Source: Planctomycetota bacterium
Lineage (GTDB): Bacteria > Planctomycetota > B15-G4 > JADJEK01
Direction of reading: 5' to 3'
Assembly: GCA_016709145.1 (NCBI GenBank)
Contig: JADJEK010000009.1
Span: 126,368-190,367, forward strand
DNA: 64,000 nt
Part shown: piece after piece, positions 28,875-38,649 of the stretch
Layout: each line of letters begins with the position of its first letter
Numbering within the stretch: the stretch's first letter is position 1
The notes under the pieces: generated by a model
Databases searched by the model: none
Told to the model about the DNA's origin: nothing
Seen by the model: the letters and a program-made list of their open reading frames with translations, nothing else
Translations under genes and position numbers: made by a program

Positions 28875-29273
28875 CGTTCGCTCGCTGGAGACGGCGGAGA
28901 CGTCGCGCAGATTGCGAATTCCCCGAACGAAGTCGATCGCGGAATCCGGCACCGAGCCGTGACGGAGGGGTGGCGAGTCGGTGACGACGGGGAGTCGGTG
29001 GTCGAGGAAACGGACGAGGTCCATCCACGGCTCGCGCAAAACGGCGGCGGGTGCGTTTGCGTGGATCGGGTGATCCTGAGCGGTGCGCACGATCGCTTGG
29101 GCAAAGCGACGCGATCGAAGGCGAGCCTCGGGACGCTCGCCCAGCGCGGTCGCAGCGCGTGGCAGCTTATTCCCCCGTGGCATGGACCTTGCAAAGTCCC
29201 TCGCCCCCCGCGATCGCGCACCTCGAGGCTCCCCTTCGTGGTGCGCGTCTCTCCCGATCCGAGGAAGGCACCC

Positions 29274-31169
29274 ATGATCCACCGTTGCGCGCGACTCGTT
29301 GCGCTCGCGCTCGCGTTCGGCTTCGCGCCGACGACGCTGGCCCAAGAACTCCCGCTGTCCGGCACGAACGGCGTGTTCGTGTTCGAAGTCACGCAGCCCG
29401 GCGGACTGACGCAGATGCACGTGATCGCGCCGACCTTGAGCGCGACGTCCGCGGTGCCGATCGGGAATCCGGTGACCGGGGTTCCGTCGCGTTGGGCGCA
29501 TCGTCGTCGCACGCTCGGAGCGCTCGAGACCGAGCTCGCGTTCGCACCGCCGTTCGTCGTGATGGCGCCGATGGGGGATGTGGTTGGTACTGGCGGCATC
29601 CACTTCGTCGACGCACGCACGAACCCGATCACGTCGACGCTGGTCCAAACCGGCGGTAACCCGATCGGCTACGACCTGCTCGTCGACTCCACGCGTCAGC
29701 GCGTCTACGCGGTGTCCGACGACGGGCTCGGCGGCACGATCGTCCACGGCTTCAGCTACGCGACGCCCGGAACGCTGACCGCGCTGACGCCGCCGAGCGT
29801 GACGTTGCCCGGCGCGCCCTCCGCGTACGTGAACCGGATCACGATCGATCCCTCGACCTCGGCGTTGATCGTTCCGACGTCGACGGGCCTCGGCATCGTC
29901 GCGCAGTCCGCGTCCGCTCCGCAGATTGCGCAGTCGGCGTTCCTGTCGACCGGAGTGTTCGCGCCGGCGACGAACGCTGCGCCCGTGACGCGCGCGGGCT
30001 CCACGCAATGGTCGATCGGCTTGTGCCGCTTCGACACCATCAACAACGCCCCGCGTGAAGCGGGGATCGCATTGTTCGACACCACCGCGATCGCGCATCA
30101 GGCGAGCTTCGGCATCGTGCCGCTCGTGCCATCGAAGTTCTGGGTGCCGGCTGCAGGTACGCACGAACTCGCGGTGGTCGGCGACGGCGTCGATGCATAC
30201 GTGTACTTCCTGCTGCGCGAGCCCGGCCCGGGCACGTTCTTCGTCAAGCCTTCGGCGATCGGCGCGCTCGCGCTGGTCGGGAACAACGCTCCGTACACCG
30301 GCATCGTGTCGGTGCCGAATCTCTGCGGCGAACCGTTCGCGATTCCGACGACGTTCGGTGCGCGCGTCGCGTTCGAGTCGAGCTTCGGCCTGCCGTTCAC
30401 GCCGAATCCGCCCGGCGGCGGCGAGATCAACAACCTGCTGTACACGCCGCTCGATCCGCTCGGCGCATCGACGACGTTCGGCTTGGTCGCGGTGCCCGGT
30501 CCGCTGGGTGGCCGCATCAGCACGAAGGGCTACGAGCGTCCGCTGTGGAGCCGTGACGGCACGCGCCTCGTCGCGACGACGAGCCATTTCCCCGGCGCTC
30601 CGAATCCCGGCGTGCCCGGCGTCGAAGTGCTCGAGGTCCCGGCCGACGTCGTGCTGACCGAGTTCAACTCGCCGTCGACGATCGTGCCGAGTCCGACCTT
30701 CCCGGTGCAGGCGATCTTGCAACCAGGCACGTTCCTGCCCCGTGATCCGAACGGTGCGCTCGCGGTGAACGGGCTGTCGTTCGTCGGCAACGTGTTCAAC
30801 GACGGCTTGCGCTCGGTCGCACTGACGACGTTCGGAGCGGTCGGGCAGTACCAGATCGAGACGCCGAACTTCGTGCAGTCGCCGGACGTGCCGAACTTCC
30901 CAGCGATCTTCCCGCCCGCGTTCCTCGATGCGACCGGTTCGCTGACCGCGGTGCCGGCGACGTTCGGCGCGCGGCGCACGAGCTTCAACTTGATCCCGGG
31001 CTTCGGGCTCAGCGGCATGGTCATGGCCGCAGCCGTCGACGACGAGGTCGTGCTGCAGCTCACGGGCTACGACACGCTCGCGGCGCTCGGGCTGTTCGCG
31101 CCCGCGCCGGCGCTGCGCTTCGCGCTGCCGGCCGGAGGTCGCGTGAGTTCCGAAATCACTTCACTGTGA
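29274..31169 (+). CDS. secreted hypothetical protein (631 aa, Gly/Pro/Thr-rich, no recognisable domain), divergent from the ECF sigma gene
   Basis: Start at MIHRCARLVALALAFGFAPTTLAQ (signal peptide) with a GAGGAAGG Shine-Dalgarno 6 nt upstream. In frame with the longer ORF 28572..31169. Confidence 0.6.
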   Translation: MIHRCARLVALALAFGFAPTTLAQELPLSGTNGVFVFEVTQPGGLTQMHVIAPTLSATSAVPIGNPVTGVPSRWAHRRRTLGALETELAFAPPFVVMAPMGDVVGTGGIHFVDARTNPITSTLVQTGGNPIGYDLLVDSTRQRVYAVSDDGLGGTIVHGFSYATPGTLTALTPPSVTLPGAPSAYVNRITIDPSTSALIVPTSTGLGIVAQSASAPQIAQSAFLSTGVFAPATNAAPVTRAGSTQWSIGLCRFDTINNAPREAGIALFDTTAIAHQASFGIVPLVPSKFWVPAAGTHELAVVGDGVDAYVYFLLREPGPGTFFVKPSAIGALALVGNNAPYTGIVSVPNLCGEPFAIPTTFGARVAFESSFGLPFTPNPPGGGEINNLLYTPLDPLGASTTFGLVAVPGPLGGRISTKGYERPLWSRDGTRLVATTSHFPGAPNPGVPGVEVLEVPADVVLTEFNSPSTIVPSPTFPVQAILQPGTFLPRDPNGALAVNGLSFVGNVFNDGLRSVALTTFGAVGQYQIETPNFVQSPDVPNFPAIFPPAFLDATGSLTAVPATFGARRTSFNLIPGFGLSGMVMAAAVDDEVVLQLTGYDTLAALGLFAPAPALRFALPAGGRVSSEITSL

Positions 31170-31280
31170 ACCATGGAACGACGACCGGCGCGCGTGCGTC
31201 GGTCGTCGTTCGTTCCGGTCTTCCCCGTTGTCCGCGTTTCCTCGACGCCCTGTCGTTTCCCCGGAAGAAGGAGTCTCTCG

Positions 31281-32507
31281 ATGCTTCGCTCTCTGCTCAC
31301 GTGTCTCTCGCTGTTCGGTGCTTCGCAAGCGTTCGCGACCGATTGGGTCGTCGACGCGACCGGTGCCGGGTCGTCGTTCACGACGCTGAATCAAGCGATG
31401 GTCGCGGCGTCGCCCGGCGATCGCATCCTCGTGCATCCGGGCAGCTACCCGGCGTTCCAGATGTTCAAGGGCGTGACGGTGCTCGGACTTGGGCCGTCGC
31501 CCGATGCCGTGAAGATCGCGCGCTGCGACTACCACCCGCTGCAGCCGCTCGTGAACTACGACTCGGCGCTGATGAACCTCGCGCTCGGCAGTGCGGCCGA
31601 CGAGGACTCGATCGCGCTGACGGGCAACGAGCTCGCGCTCGGCACGCTGACGCTCGATTCGGTCGTCGTCGACGGCGCCGTGTTCCTGCGCGGCGGCAGC
31701 ACGGGCTTCTACCTGCAGATGTCGAACTGCTCGGTCGTCGCGCAACCGGGTGAGGGATTCGCGGGCGAAGCGATGTGGTTCGGCGGCATCGGCAATCGGC
31801 TCGACGTCCACGACAGCCGCATCGTCGGTTGGGACTGCCCCGAGTCCACGCCGGCGGTCGGCGCGGGCGTCGGATTGCGGCTCGCGCCCGGCACGCAGGC
31901 GCGCCTGACGGATTCGGTCGTCGCGGGTGGTTCGGGCCTCGGCGCCGGAGTCGCTGGAGCGACCGGGCTCGTCGGTTCGACCGGAACGCTCGAGTTGCTC
32001 GGTTCGACGTCGGTGCATGGCGGCAACGCGTCGCTGACGGCGAATGGCGGCGCGGGCGTCGACTTCGCCGGTTCGTTGCGCACCGGTGCGTCGATCGACG
32101 TCGCGGGCGGTTCTGGCGCTTCGACCGGACCGGCGTACGCGAGCGGGATGCCGAGCGCGTTGCCGGTGGATCCTTCGATCACCGTTGTTCCCGACCGTGA
32201 TATCGCGAGCGGACCGTTCGCGGTCGCGAGCGGCGAAACGCTCGGCTTCTCGACGGCGACCGCGGCCGGCTCGACGGTGCTGCTGATCGGATTCGGCGTC
32301 GATTGCCCGCCGCCGAGCGCCGCGGTGTTCCTGCCGCTCTCACCGGCGCCGATGCTGCTCGTCGGTGGAAACGCGCTGTTCGCTACCGTGCCCGCGTCGA
32401 CGGTCGGACCGCTGTTCGGCATCGAGGTGTTCGCGCAAGCGGCCACCGCGAGCCCGGAGGGCGTGCTGCTGTCCGGAGTCGTCTCCACGAGGATGAACCT
32501 GCAATGA
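31281..32507 (+). CDS. secreted right-handed parallel beta-helix repeat protein
   Basis: Signal peptide MLRSLLTCLSLFGASQAFA with a GGAAGAAGGAG Shine-Dalgarno. Gly-rich repeats with the periodicity of pectate-lyase-fold proteins. Confidence 0.6.
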   Translation: MLRSLLTCLSLFGASQAFATDWVVDATGAGSSFTTLNQAMVAASPGDRILVHPGSYPAFQMFKGVTVLGLGPSPDAVKIARCDYHPLQPLVNYDSALMNLALGSAADEDSIALTGNELALGTLTLDSVVVDGAVFLRGGSTGFYLQMSNCSVVAQPGEGFAGEAMWFGGIGNRLDVHDSRIVGWDCPESTPAVGAGVGLRLAPGTQARLTDSVVAGGSGLGAGVAGATGLVGSTGTLELLGSTSVHGGNASLTANGGAGVDFAGSLRTGASIDVAGGSGASTGPAYASGMPSALPVDPSITVVPDRDIASGPFAVASGETLGFSTATAAGSTVLLIGFGVDCPPPSAAVFLPLSPAPMLLVGGNALFATVPASTVGPLFGIEVFAQAATASPEGVLLSGVVSTRMNLQ

Positions 32508-35251
32508 TCCGATCGTCCGCGCGAACCACGTTCGCCGGCGTTGCGTCCGCCATCGCCCTCGCCGCGGGAGTCCTCGCGGCGGGGGCGAGCGCGCAAACGC
32601 CGGCAGCGCCGAGCCCGGCCAAGAAGGCCGATCCGACCAGCGAAGAAGTTCCGTTGCCGGCGCTCGCCGGCTGGAACGGCACGCTCGTGATCGACAACGA
32701 CGTCGGCGTGTGGACGACGCTCTCCGCCGACATCCTGCCCGGGCACGGGTGTCCGCAGATCGTCGGGCTCGACGACAAGGGCCGCTGCATCGTGCTGTTC
32801 TCGTACAGCGGCAAGTGGACGCCGCTGCAGACGGTCGAGGACGGCGAGTGGCTCGGCGCGTTCGAGTTCGTCGATCTCGATCCGCAGCGACCGGGTCGCG
32901 AGATCTACACCGGCGGCAAGCGCGGCAACCTGTTCTGCATCCAGCCGAACGCGCCGCGCGATCCGGCGCTGAAGACGCCGCCGTTCCAGACCGACGTCGT
33001 CGCGCGCTTTCCCGGCGAAGAGCTGCACACGATGGTCGGCGGCGACTTGCTGCCGTCCGAGCCCGGCAACGAGCTGCTGCTGTACACGCTTCACGGTGCG
33101 GCATACCGCCTGAAGCCGCCGCGCGAGCCGCGCGGCATGCTCGTCGTCGAACCGCTCGGCGACGTCGGTGGTCGCGTACGCGAAGCGAAGATCCTGCCGG
33201 CGCGCGCGGGCGAAGCGCCGTGGATCGCGTGCGTGCTCCGTAGCGGTGAGATCCAACTGCAGCGCCTCACGCCAGGCGGCATCGAGCGCAAGACGATCAC
33301 GAAAGAACCGATGGGCTTCGGTCGCCTCGCGCTGCGCAAGTCCGCGGTCGGCGAGCCGGTCGTGTTCTACGCGACGCGCGACGATGGCGTCGTGCTGCGC
33401 TTCGAGGGCAGCCCCGACCGCGACGCATGGACGCGCGAGCTCGTCTACGCCGGGCCGCAAGGACCGCGCGGACTCGCGTGCGGGCGCTTCTCGGCGGATC
33501 CCGACGAAGAGACGATCGCGGTGTTCGGCTACGCGGCGAAAGTGCAATTGCTGTCGCGCAAGCGCGGGCAGCCGTGGCGCGCGGAGACGATCTTCGTCGA
33601 GCGCGACAAGGGCCATTGGCTCGCCGCGGCGGAGCTCGACGGCCGCAATGCGACGGACGAGCTGATCGCGTCGGGCTACGGCAAGCGTGTCGTGCTGCTG
33701 TCGCGACCGCCGGGATACGGCCTCTCGAACGTGCCGACCGACCCGGATCCGCCGCAGCCGCCGACGGTCGATCCGGGCAAAGCCGGCGCGCAAACTGCGC
33801 CGGAGGGCAAAGCCGGCGCGCAAGCTGCGCCGGCGGGCGACGGCGCGCTGCGCGTCGCGGTGCGCGCGCGGTTGCGCGAACCGGGCCGCGTCGACCCGCT
33901 GAAGTACCACGGCGGCTTCGAGACCAAGACGCTCGTCTACGAGACGCTCGTCACGCGCGACGCCGCCGGACGCATCGCGCCGAAGCTCGCGTCGGCGTGG
34001 GAACTCGAGGATGGTGGAGCGACCGTGAAGTTCACGCTGCGCGAGGGCGCGACGTTCCACGACGGCACGCCGGTCGACGCGCAAGCGGTCGCGATGCACT
34101 TCCGCCGCGTGCTCGGCTTGCCCGAGCACGCGTGGTTGCGCGGGCTCGCTCGCGTGCGGTCGGTCGACGTCGACGGGTCGCGCGTGCTGCGCTTCCGCCT
34201 CGACGCGCCGTGCTCGCTGCTGCCGGATCTGTGCGCGGTGAATCCGTGTTCGATCCGCGCGCCGTCGACGCTCGACCGCGAAGGCGAGTTCGTGCGCGCG
34301 ATCGGCAGCGGTCCGTTCAAGGTCGAGGCGGCGGACTCCGACGGCATGCGCTTGGCGTGGACGCGCGGCAAGGCGCGCTCACCGGTGCAGCTCGTGTTCG
34401 CGTCGGGCGCCGCGGCGGACCTCGTCGATCGTGTGCTCGGCGGTGAGTTGGACGTCGTCGCCGACGGTTGGAGCGAACTCGTCGATCGCTCGCGCGTCGC
34501 GGCGTTGAGGGACGATCCGCGCGTGCGCGTGATCGGCGGGCCCGGGTCGTCCGTCACGTACTTGTCGTTCCTGATCCGCGAGGGGCCGACCGCCGACCCG
34601 GCCGTCCGCGCGGCCGTGGCCGCGGCGATCGATCGCGCGGAACTCGTCAAGGACGTCGAGTTCGGCTGCGCGCAGCCGTGCGCGACGTTCGCCGCTCCCG
34701 CTGTCGCCGATTGGCCGCGAGCGACGCCGCGCGCGTCCGCGACGGACGTCGCGATCGATCGAGCGCTCGTCGTCGTCGGCGACGGCGCGACGCGCGACGG
34801 TCGGCTCGCGGGCGCGATCGTGGCGCAGCTCGCGCGGCGCGGAATCGCTGCGCAGGCGCGCGTGCTCGAAGGAGCGGAACTCGCGAAGGCGATCGAAGGC
34901 GGGGAGTACGACGTGCGGATCGAACGAACCTGGGGAGTGCCGTACGACCCGTACCTGTCGTTCGTGAATCGGTTCTCGACGCCGACTACCGGCGCGACCG
35001 CGGCGACGAAGCCGGTTGCCGGGTTCGACGCGGAACTCGCTCGGATCGCGGACGCGTTGCGCGGCGAGGTCGATCCCGCGAGGCACGGGGAGATGTACCG
35101 GAAGGCTCAGGCTCGGATCGAGGAAGCGAGTGTCGTCGTGCCGTTGTTCGTCGCCGAGAGGGTCGGAGTCGTGCGGAGCGGGGTTGGGGAGATTGCGATG
35201 GGGGTGAATCTTTATGAGATCGGGTTGGAGGGGGTTTTGCGCGGGCGGTGA
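32504..35251 (+). CDS. secreted fusion protein: N-terminal beta-propeller-like repeat domain, Pro-rich linker, C-terminal ABC-type solute-binding protein family 5 (DppA/OppA/NikA-like) domain
   Basis: ATGA overlap with the upstream gene. Signal peptide. Repeated hydrophobic-strand motifs (VLFSYSG, EIYTGG, VVFYAT, IAVFGY, LIASGYG). C-terminal LKYHGGFETKTLVYETLV...ASAWELEDGGATVKFTLREGATFHDGTPV matches SBP_bac_5. No permease or ATPase genes adjacent. Confidence 0.65.
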   Translation: MIRSSARTTFAGVASAIALAAGVLAAGASAQTPAAPSPAKKADPTSEEVPLPALAGWNGTLVIDNDVGVWTTLSADILPGHGCPQIVGLDDKGRCIVLFSYSGKWTPLQTVEDGEWLGAFEFVDLDPQRPGREIYTGGKRGNLFCIQPNAPRDPALKTPPFQTDVVARFPGEELHTMVGGDLLPSEPGNELLLYTLHGAAYRLKPPREPRGMLVVEPLGDVGGRVREAKILPARAGEAPWIACVLRSGEIQLQRLTPGGIERKTITKEPMGFGRLALRKSAVGEPVVFYATRDDGVVLRFEGSPDRDAWTRELVYAGPQGPRGLACGRFSADPDEETIAVFGYAAKVQLLSRKRGQPWRAETIFVERDKGHWLAAAELDGRNATDELIASGYGKRVVLLSRPPGYGLSNVPTDPDPPQPPTVDPGKAGAQTAPEGKAGAQAAPAGDGALRVAVRARLREPGRVDPLKYHGGFETKTLVYETLVTRDAAGRIAPKLASAWELEDGGATVKFTLREGATFHDGTPVDAQAVAMHFRRVLGLPEHAWLRGLARVRSVDVDGSRVLRFRLDAPCSLLPDLCAVNPCSIRAPSTLDREGEFVRAIGSGPFKVEAADSDGMRLAWTRGKARSPVQLVFASGAAADLVDRVLGGELDVVADGWSELVDRSRVAALRDDPRVRVIGGPGSSVTYLSFLIREGPTADPAVRAAVAAAIDRAELVKDVEFGCAQPCATFAAPAVADWPRATPRASATDVAIDRALVVVGDGATRDGRLAGAIVAQLARRGIAAQARVLEGAELAKAIEGGEYDVRIERTWGVPYDPYLSFVNRFSTPTTGATAATKPVAGFDAELARIADALRGEVDPARHGEMYRKAQARIEEASVVVPLFVAERVGVVRSGVGEIAMGVNLYEIGLEGVLRGR

Positions 35252-35425
35252 GGGAGGACGAGGGACGAGGGGGACGCGAGGGACGAGGGGGACGCGAGGG
35301 ACGACGAGGGACGCGAGGGACGAGGGGGACGCGAGGGATGAGAGGGACGAGGGGGACGACGAGGGACGCGAGGGATGAGGGGGACGCGAGGGATGAGAGG
35401 GATGAGAGGGACGCGAGGGATCGGA
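35251..35425. repeat. tandem array (about 19 copies) of the degenerate 9-nt unit GGGACGMGA (array A)
   Basis: 9-nt periodicity read directly from the sequence. Begins at the stop codon of the preceding gene. Confidence 0.85.
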
Positions 35426-35483
35426 CGACCCACCACCAGGGGCGAGACCCGCGCGCCCTTGGTCGCTATCGTCCGCCGCCACT

Positions 35484-36632
35484 ATGACGAACCTCGCGAT
35501 CGCACTGCTCGGGCAGAAGTTCATGGGGCGGGCCCACAGCAACGCCTGGGGCCAGGTGAACAAGTTCTTCGACCTTCCGCTGAAGGCCGCGCTCGACGTC
35601 GTCGTCGGGCGTGACGTCTCCGAGCTCGCCGCGTTCGCGAAGCGGTGGGGCTGGCAGCGGTTCGCCGCCGACTGGCGCGCCGTCGTCCGCGACGATGCCG
35701 TCGGGCTCGTCGACATCGTGACGCCGAACGACCTGCACGCCGAGCCCGCGCTCGCCGCGCTCGAAGCCGGCAAGCACGTCGCCTGCGAGAAGCCGCTCGC
35801 CGGCACGCTCGATCAAGCGCGCGCGATGCGCGACGCCGCGAAGAAGCACGCGAAGAAGGCCAAGACGTTCGTCTGGTTCAACTACCGACGTTGCCCCGCG
35901 GTCGCTCTCGCGCAGCGGCTGATCGCGTCCGGCAAGCTCGGCCGCATCTACCACGTGCGCGCGCATTACCTGCAAGAGTGGGGCGGGCCCGACACTCCGC
36001 TGCTGTGGCGCTTCCAGAAGAAGATCGCGGGCTCCGGCGCGCATGGCGATCTCAACGCGCACATCGTCGACATGGCGCGCTTCCTGCTCGGCGACGAAGT
36101 CGTCGAAGTCCACGGCGCCGTTTCCCGCACGTTCATCACCGAGCGCGTGATCCCCGGCTCCACCAAGACCGGCAAGAGCGACGTCGACGACGCCGTGTTG
36201 TTCCTCGCTTCGTTCAAGGGCGGCGCGGTCGCGAGCTTCGAAGCGTCGCGCGTCGCGTTCGGTCACCAGAACGACAACTCGATCGAAGTGAACGGCGAGA
36301 AGGGCTCGCTGCGCTTCTCGTTCGAAGACATGAACGTGCTCTGGCACGCCGATGCGACCGCGCCGCGCGCGACCAGCGGCTGGACGCGCATCATGGCGAC
36401 CGAAGGCGCGCACCATCCGTACGTGAAGGCGTGGTGGCCTTCGGCGCACGTGCTCGGCTACGAGCACGGCTTCGTCAACATGGCCGCGGACATCCTGCGC
36501 GTGCTCGCGGGCCAGGAGCCCGAAGCGCCGCTGCCGGACTTCGACGACGCCTACCAGACGCAGCGCGTGCTCGAGGCCGCGCTGCTGTCGGCGAAGGAAC
36601 GCACCGCGATCAAGCTCGCGCAAGTGAAGTGA
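35484..36632 (+). CDS. Gfo/Idh/MocA-family NAD(P)-dependent oxidoreductase
   Basis: 382 aa. N-terminal Rossmann fold. EKPLA consensus (ACEKPLAGTLDQA). Confidence 0.75.
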   Translation: MTNLAIALLGQKFMGRAHSNAWGQVNKFFDLPLKAALDVVVGRDVSELAAFAKRWGWQRFAADWRAVVRDDAVGLVDIVTPNDLHAEPALAALEAGKHVACEKPLAGTLDQARAMRDAAKKHAKKAKTFVWFNYRRCPAVALAQRLIASGKLGRIYHVRAHYLQEWGGPDTPLLWRFQKKIAGSGAHGDLNAHIVDMARFLLGDEVVEVHGAVSRTFITERVIPGSTKTGKSDVDDAVLFLASFKGGAVASFEASRVAFGHQNDNSIEVNGEKGSLRFSFEDMNVLWHADATAPRATSGWTRIMATEGAHHPYVKAWWPSAHVLGYEHGFVNMAADILRVLAGQEPEAPLPDFDDAYQTQRVLEAALLSAKERTAIKLAQVK

Positions 36633-36685
36633 CGCAGGACGAGACCCCCGTGATCCGCGCGACCCCTCGCGCGTGAAGGAGCCGC

Positions 36686-37999
36686 ATGGAGAGCAAGAGC
36701 CCGCTCGGTCGTCTGTCCGTGATGATGTTCTTGCAGTACGCCGTGTGGGGTGCGTGGCTGCCGATCGCGGGGCGCTTCTTCGGTGCCGCACCCGAGACGG
36801 GCGGCCTCGGCTTCAGTTCCGCGGACATCGGGTTGATCCTCGGTGTCGCGGCCTCGATCGGCGCGATCGCCGCGCCGTTCGTCGCGGGGCAGATCGCGGA
36901 TCGCTACTTCCGCACCGAGCGCTTCCTCGGCTTCCTGCTGCTCGTCGGCGCGGCGCTGCAATGGAAGTTGCGCTCGAGCACGACCGTGAACGAGTGGCTC
37001 GTGCTCGGCTCGCTGTACTCGGTGCTGTACATGCCGACGCTGGCGTTGTCGAACTCGCTGGCGTTCGCGCATCTGAACGACCGTACGCGTGAGTTCGGCA
37101 AGGTCCGCGTGTGGGGCACGATCGGCTGGATCGCGGCGAGCTGGATCTTCCCGATGATCTGGTTGCAGCACGACCTGGAACTCCAGGCGATGCCGCCGTT
37201 CCTCGTCGGACCGGAGATGGATCGCGTCACGGGACGCCTCTCGGACGCGTTCCTGTTCTCGGCGATCGTGTCGGCGATCTACGGCGTCTACGCGCTGACG
37301 TGCCTGCCGGCGACGCCGCCGAAGAAGGACGCGACGCAGAAGCTCGCGTTCGCGCGCGCGTTCGCGCTGCTCGCGAAACCGTCGATGGCCGTGCTGATGC
37401 TGGCCGGGCTCGCGATCAGCATGATCCACCAGATCTACTTCATCCAGGCCGGGCCGTTCCTGTCGGCGATCGGGCTGAAGGACAGCGAAGTCGGGCCCGC
37501 GATGACCGCCGGGCAGTTCTCCGAGATCCTGATGATCGCGATGCTCGGGTTCGCGTTGAAGCGGCTCGGCTTCAAGCTGACGTTGACGCTCGGTGCGCTC
37601 GCGTACTTCGGGCGCTACTTCGTGTGGTCGACGGAAGGCGTGACGCCGACGATCGCCGTGACGAGCCAGGCGCTGCACGGCATCTGCTACGCGTTCTTCT
37701 TCGCGTCGGCGTACATCTACGTCGACCGCCTCGCGCCGCCCGACGTGCGCCACTCGGCGCAGACGATGTTCGGCATCGTCATGCTCGGCGGCGGACCGAT
37801 CCTCGGAGGAGCGTTCGTGAACCGCTGGCTGTCGGAAGCCAACACCGTGAAGCTCCTGCAAGACGGCGTCGAACTGACGAAGCTCGAGTTCGGCCCGTTC
37901 TTCCGCACGCTGTCGTGGATCGGGCTCGGCGCTGCCGCATTGATCCTGTGGGCGTTCAAGGACGAGACCAAGGACGAGACCAAGGAACAGGCGTCGTGA
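36686..37999 (+). CDS. MFS transporter, nucleoside:H+ symporter (NHS) family-like
   Basis: 437 aa, 12 transmembrane segments. N-terminal LSVMMFLQYAVWGAWLP motif characteristic of NupG/XapB-type transporters. Confidence 0.65.
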   Translation: MESKSPLGRLSVMMFLQYAVWGAWLPIAGRFFGAAPETGGLGFSSADIGLILGVAASIGAIAAPFVAGQIADRYFRTERFLGFLLLVGAALQWKLRSSTTVNEWLVLGSLYSVLYMPTLALSNSLAFAHLNDRTREFGKVRVWGTIGWIAASWIFPMIWLQHDLELQAMPPFLVGPEMDRVTGRLSDAFLFSAIVSAIYGVYALTCLPATPPKKDATQKLAFARAFALLAKPSMAVLMLAGLAISMIHQIYFIQAGPFLSAIGLKDSEVGPAMTAGQFSEILMIAMLGFALKRLGFKLTLTLGALAYFGRYFVWSTEGVTPTIAVTSQALHGICYAFFFASAYIYVDRLAPPDVRHSAQTMFGIVMLGGGPILGGAFVNRWLSEANTVKLLQDGVELTKLEFGPFFRTLSWIGLGAAALILWAFKDETKDETKEQAS

Positions 38000-38610
38000 T
38001 CGTGCGCCGCGGCTTCGTGCTGCTCGTGCTGACGGGCGCACTCGGGTTCGCCGCGGACGAACCCGAGTCGGTGCCGGCAGCGCAGGTCGACTTCAAGCTG
38101 AACGACCGGCTGCGTGTGTTGTGGGACCCGTCGACGTGCACGCTCGCGCGCACGTCGAAGCCGGACGGCGTCGAATTGCCCGATCCGCTGGTCGGAATGC
38201 GATGGGCCGCGACGCGACTCGGTGCGCCGATCGCCGTGACGCCGCGCTTCGTCGAGGTCGTCACGAAGGACGGCAAGCCCGAGATCCGCTACGTGCTCGC
38301 GCTCGAAGGCGTCGCCGAGATCGAGGTCGCCGAAGCCATCGACGACTACACGCACGACGACAAGGGTCGGCCCGCGTGCTGGCGGCGCTTCCGCATCGGC
38401 GAACTGCCGCACGGCGTCGTGCTCGCGCAAACACGCGACGACGTGTCGCTCGCGGCAGCCCGCGTGCTCGCGCGTTCGAACGCGACGTGGACGTGGGGCG
38501 AAGCCCGCTTCGTGCGCGGCATCGGCGGCGAGTTCGCGCTCGTTCGGACGGCTCGCTTCGAGTTCCCGCAGCGCGGCGAGACGATCGTCACGGTGGTCTA
38601 CGACGCTTGA
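37996..38610 (+). CDS. hypothetical secreted protein
   Basis: GTG overlapping the upstream stop (GTGA). Signal-like N-terminus. No motif recognised. Confidence 0.4.
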   Translation: MIVRRGFVLLVLTGALGFAADEPESVPAAQVDFKLNDRLRVLWDPSTCTLARTSKPDGVELPDPLVGMRWAATRLGAPIAVTPRFVEVVTKDGKPEIRYVLALEGVAEIEVAEAIDDYTHDDKGRPACWRRFRIGELPHGVVLAQTRDDVSLAAARVLARSNATWTWGEARFVRGIGGEFALVRTARFEFPQRGETIVTVVYDA

Positions 38611-38649
38611 CCCCACGCGCCGCTGCGCGGCCGTCGGAGTCCGAGTGGA

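Noticed and set aside
28875-30722. Upstream extension of the ECF sigma ORF to 792 aa
   Set aside because: The sigma-70 regions start at MDEVELL. The upstream part is Arg-rich and overlaps the real divergent plus-strand gene.
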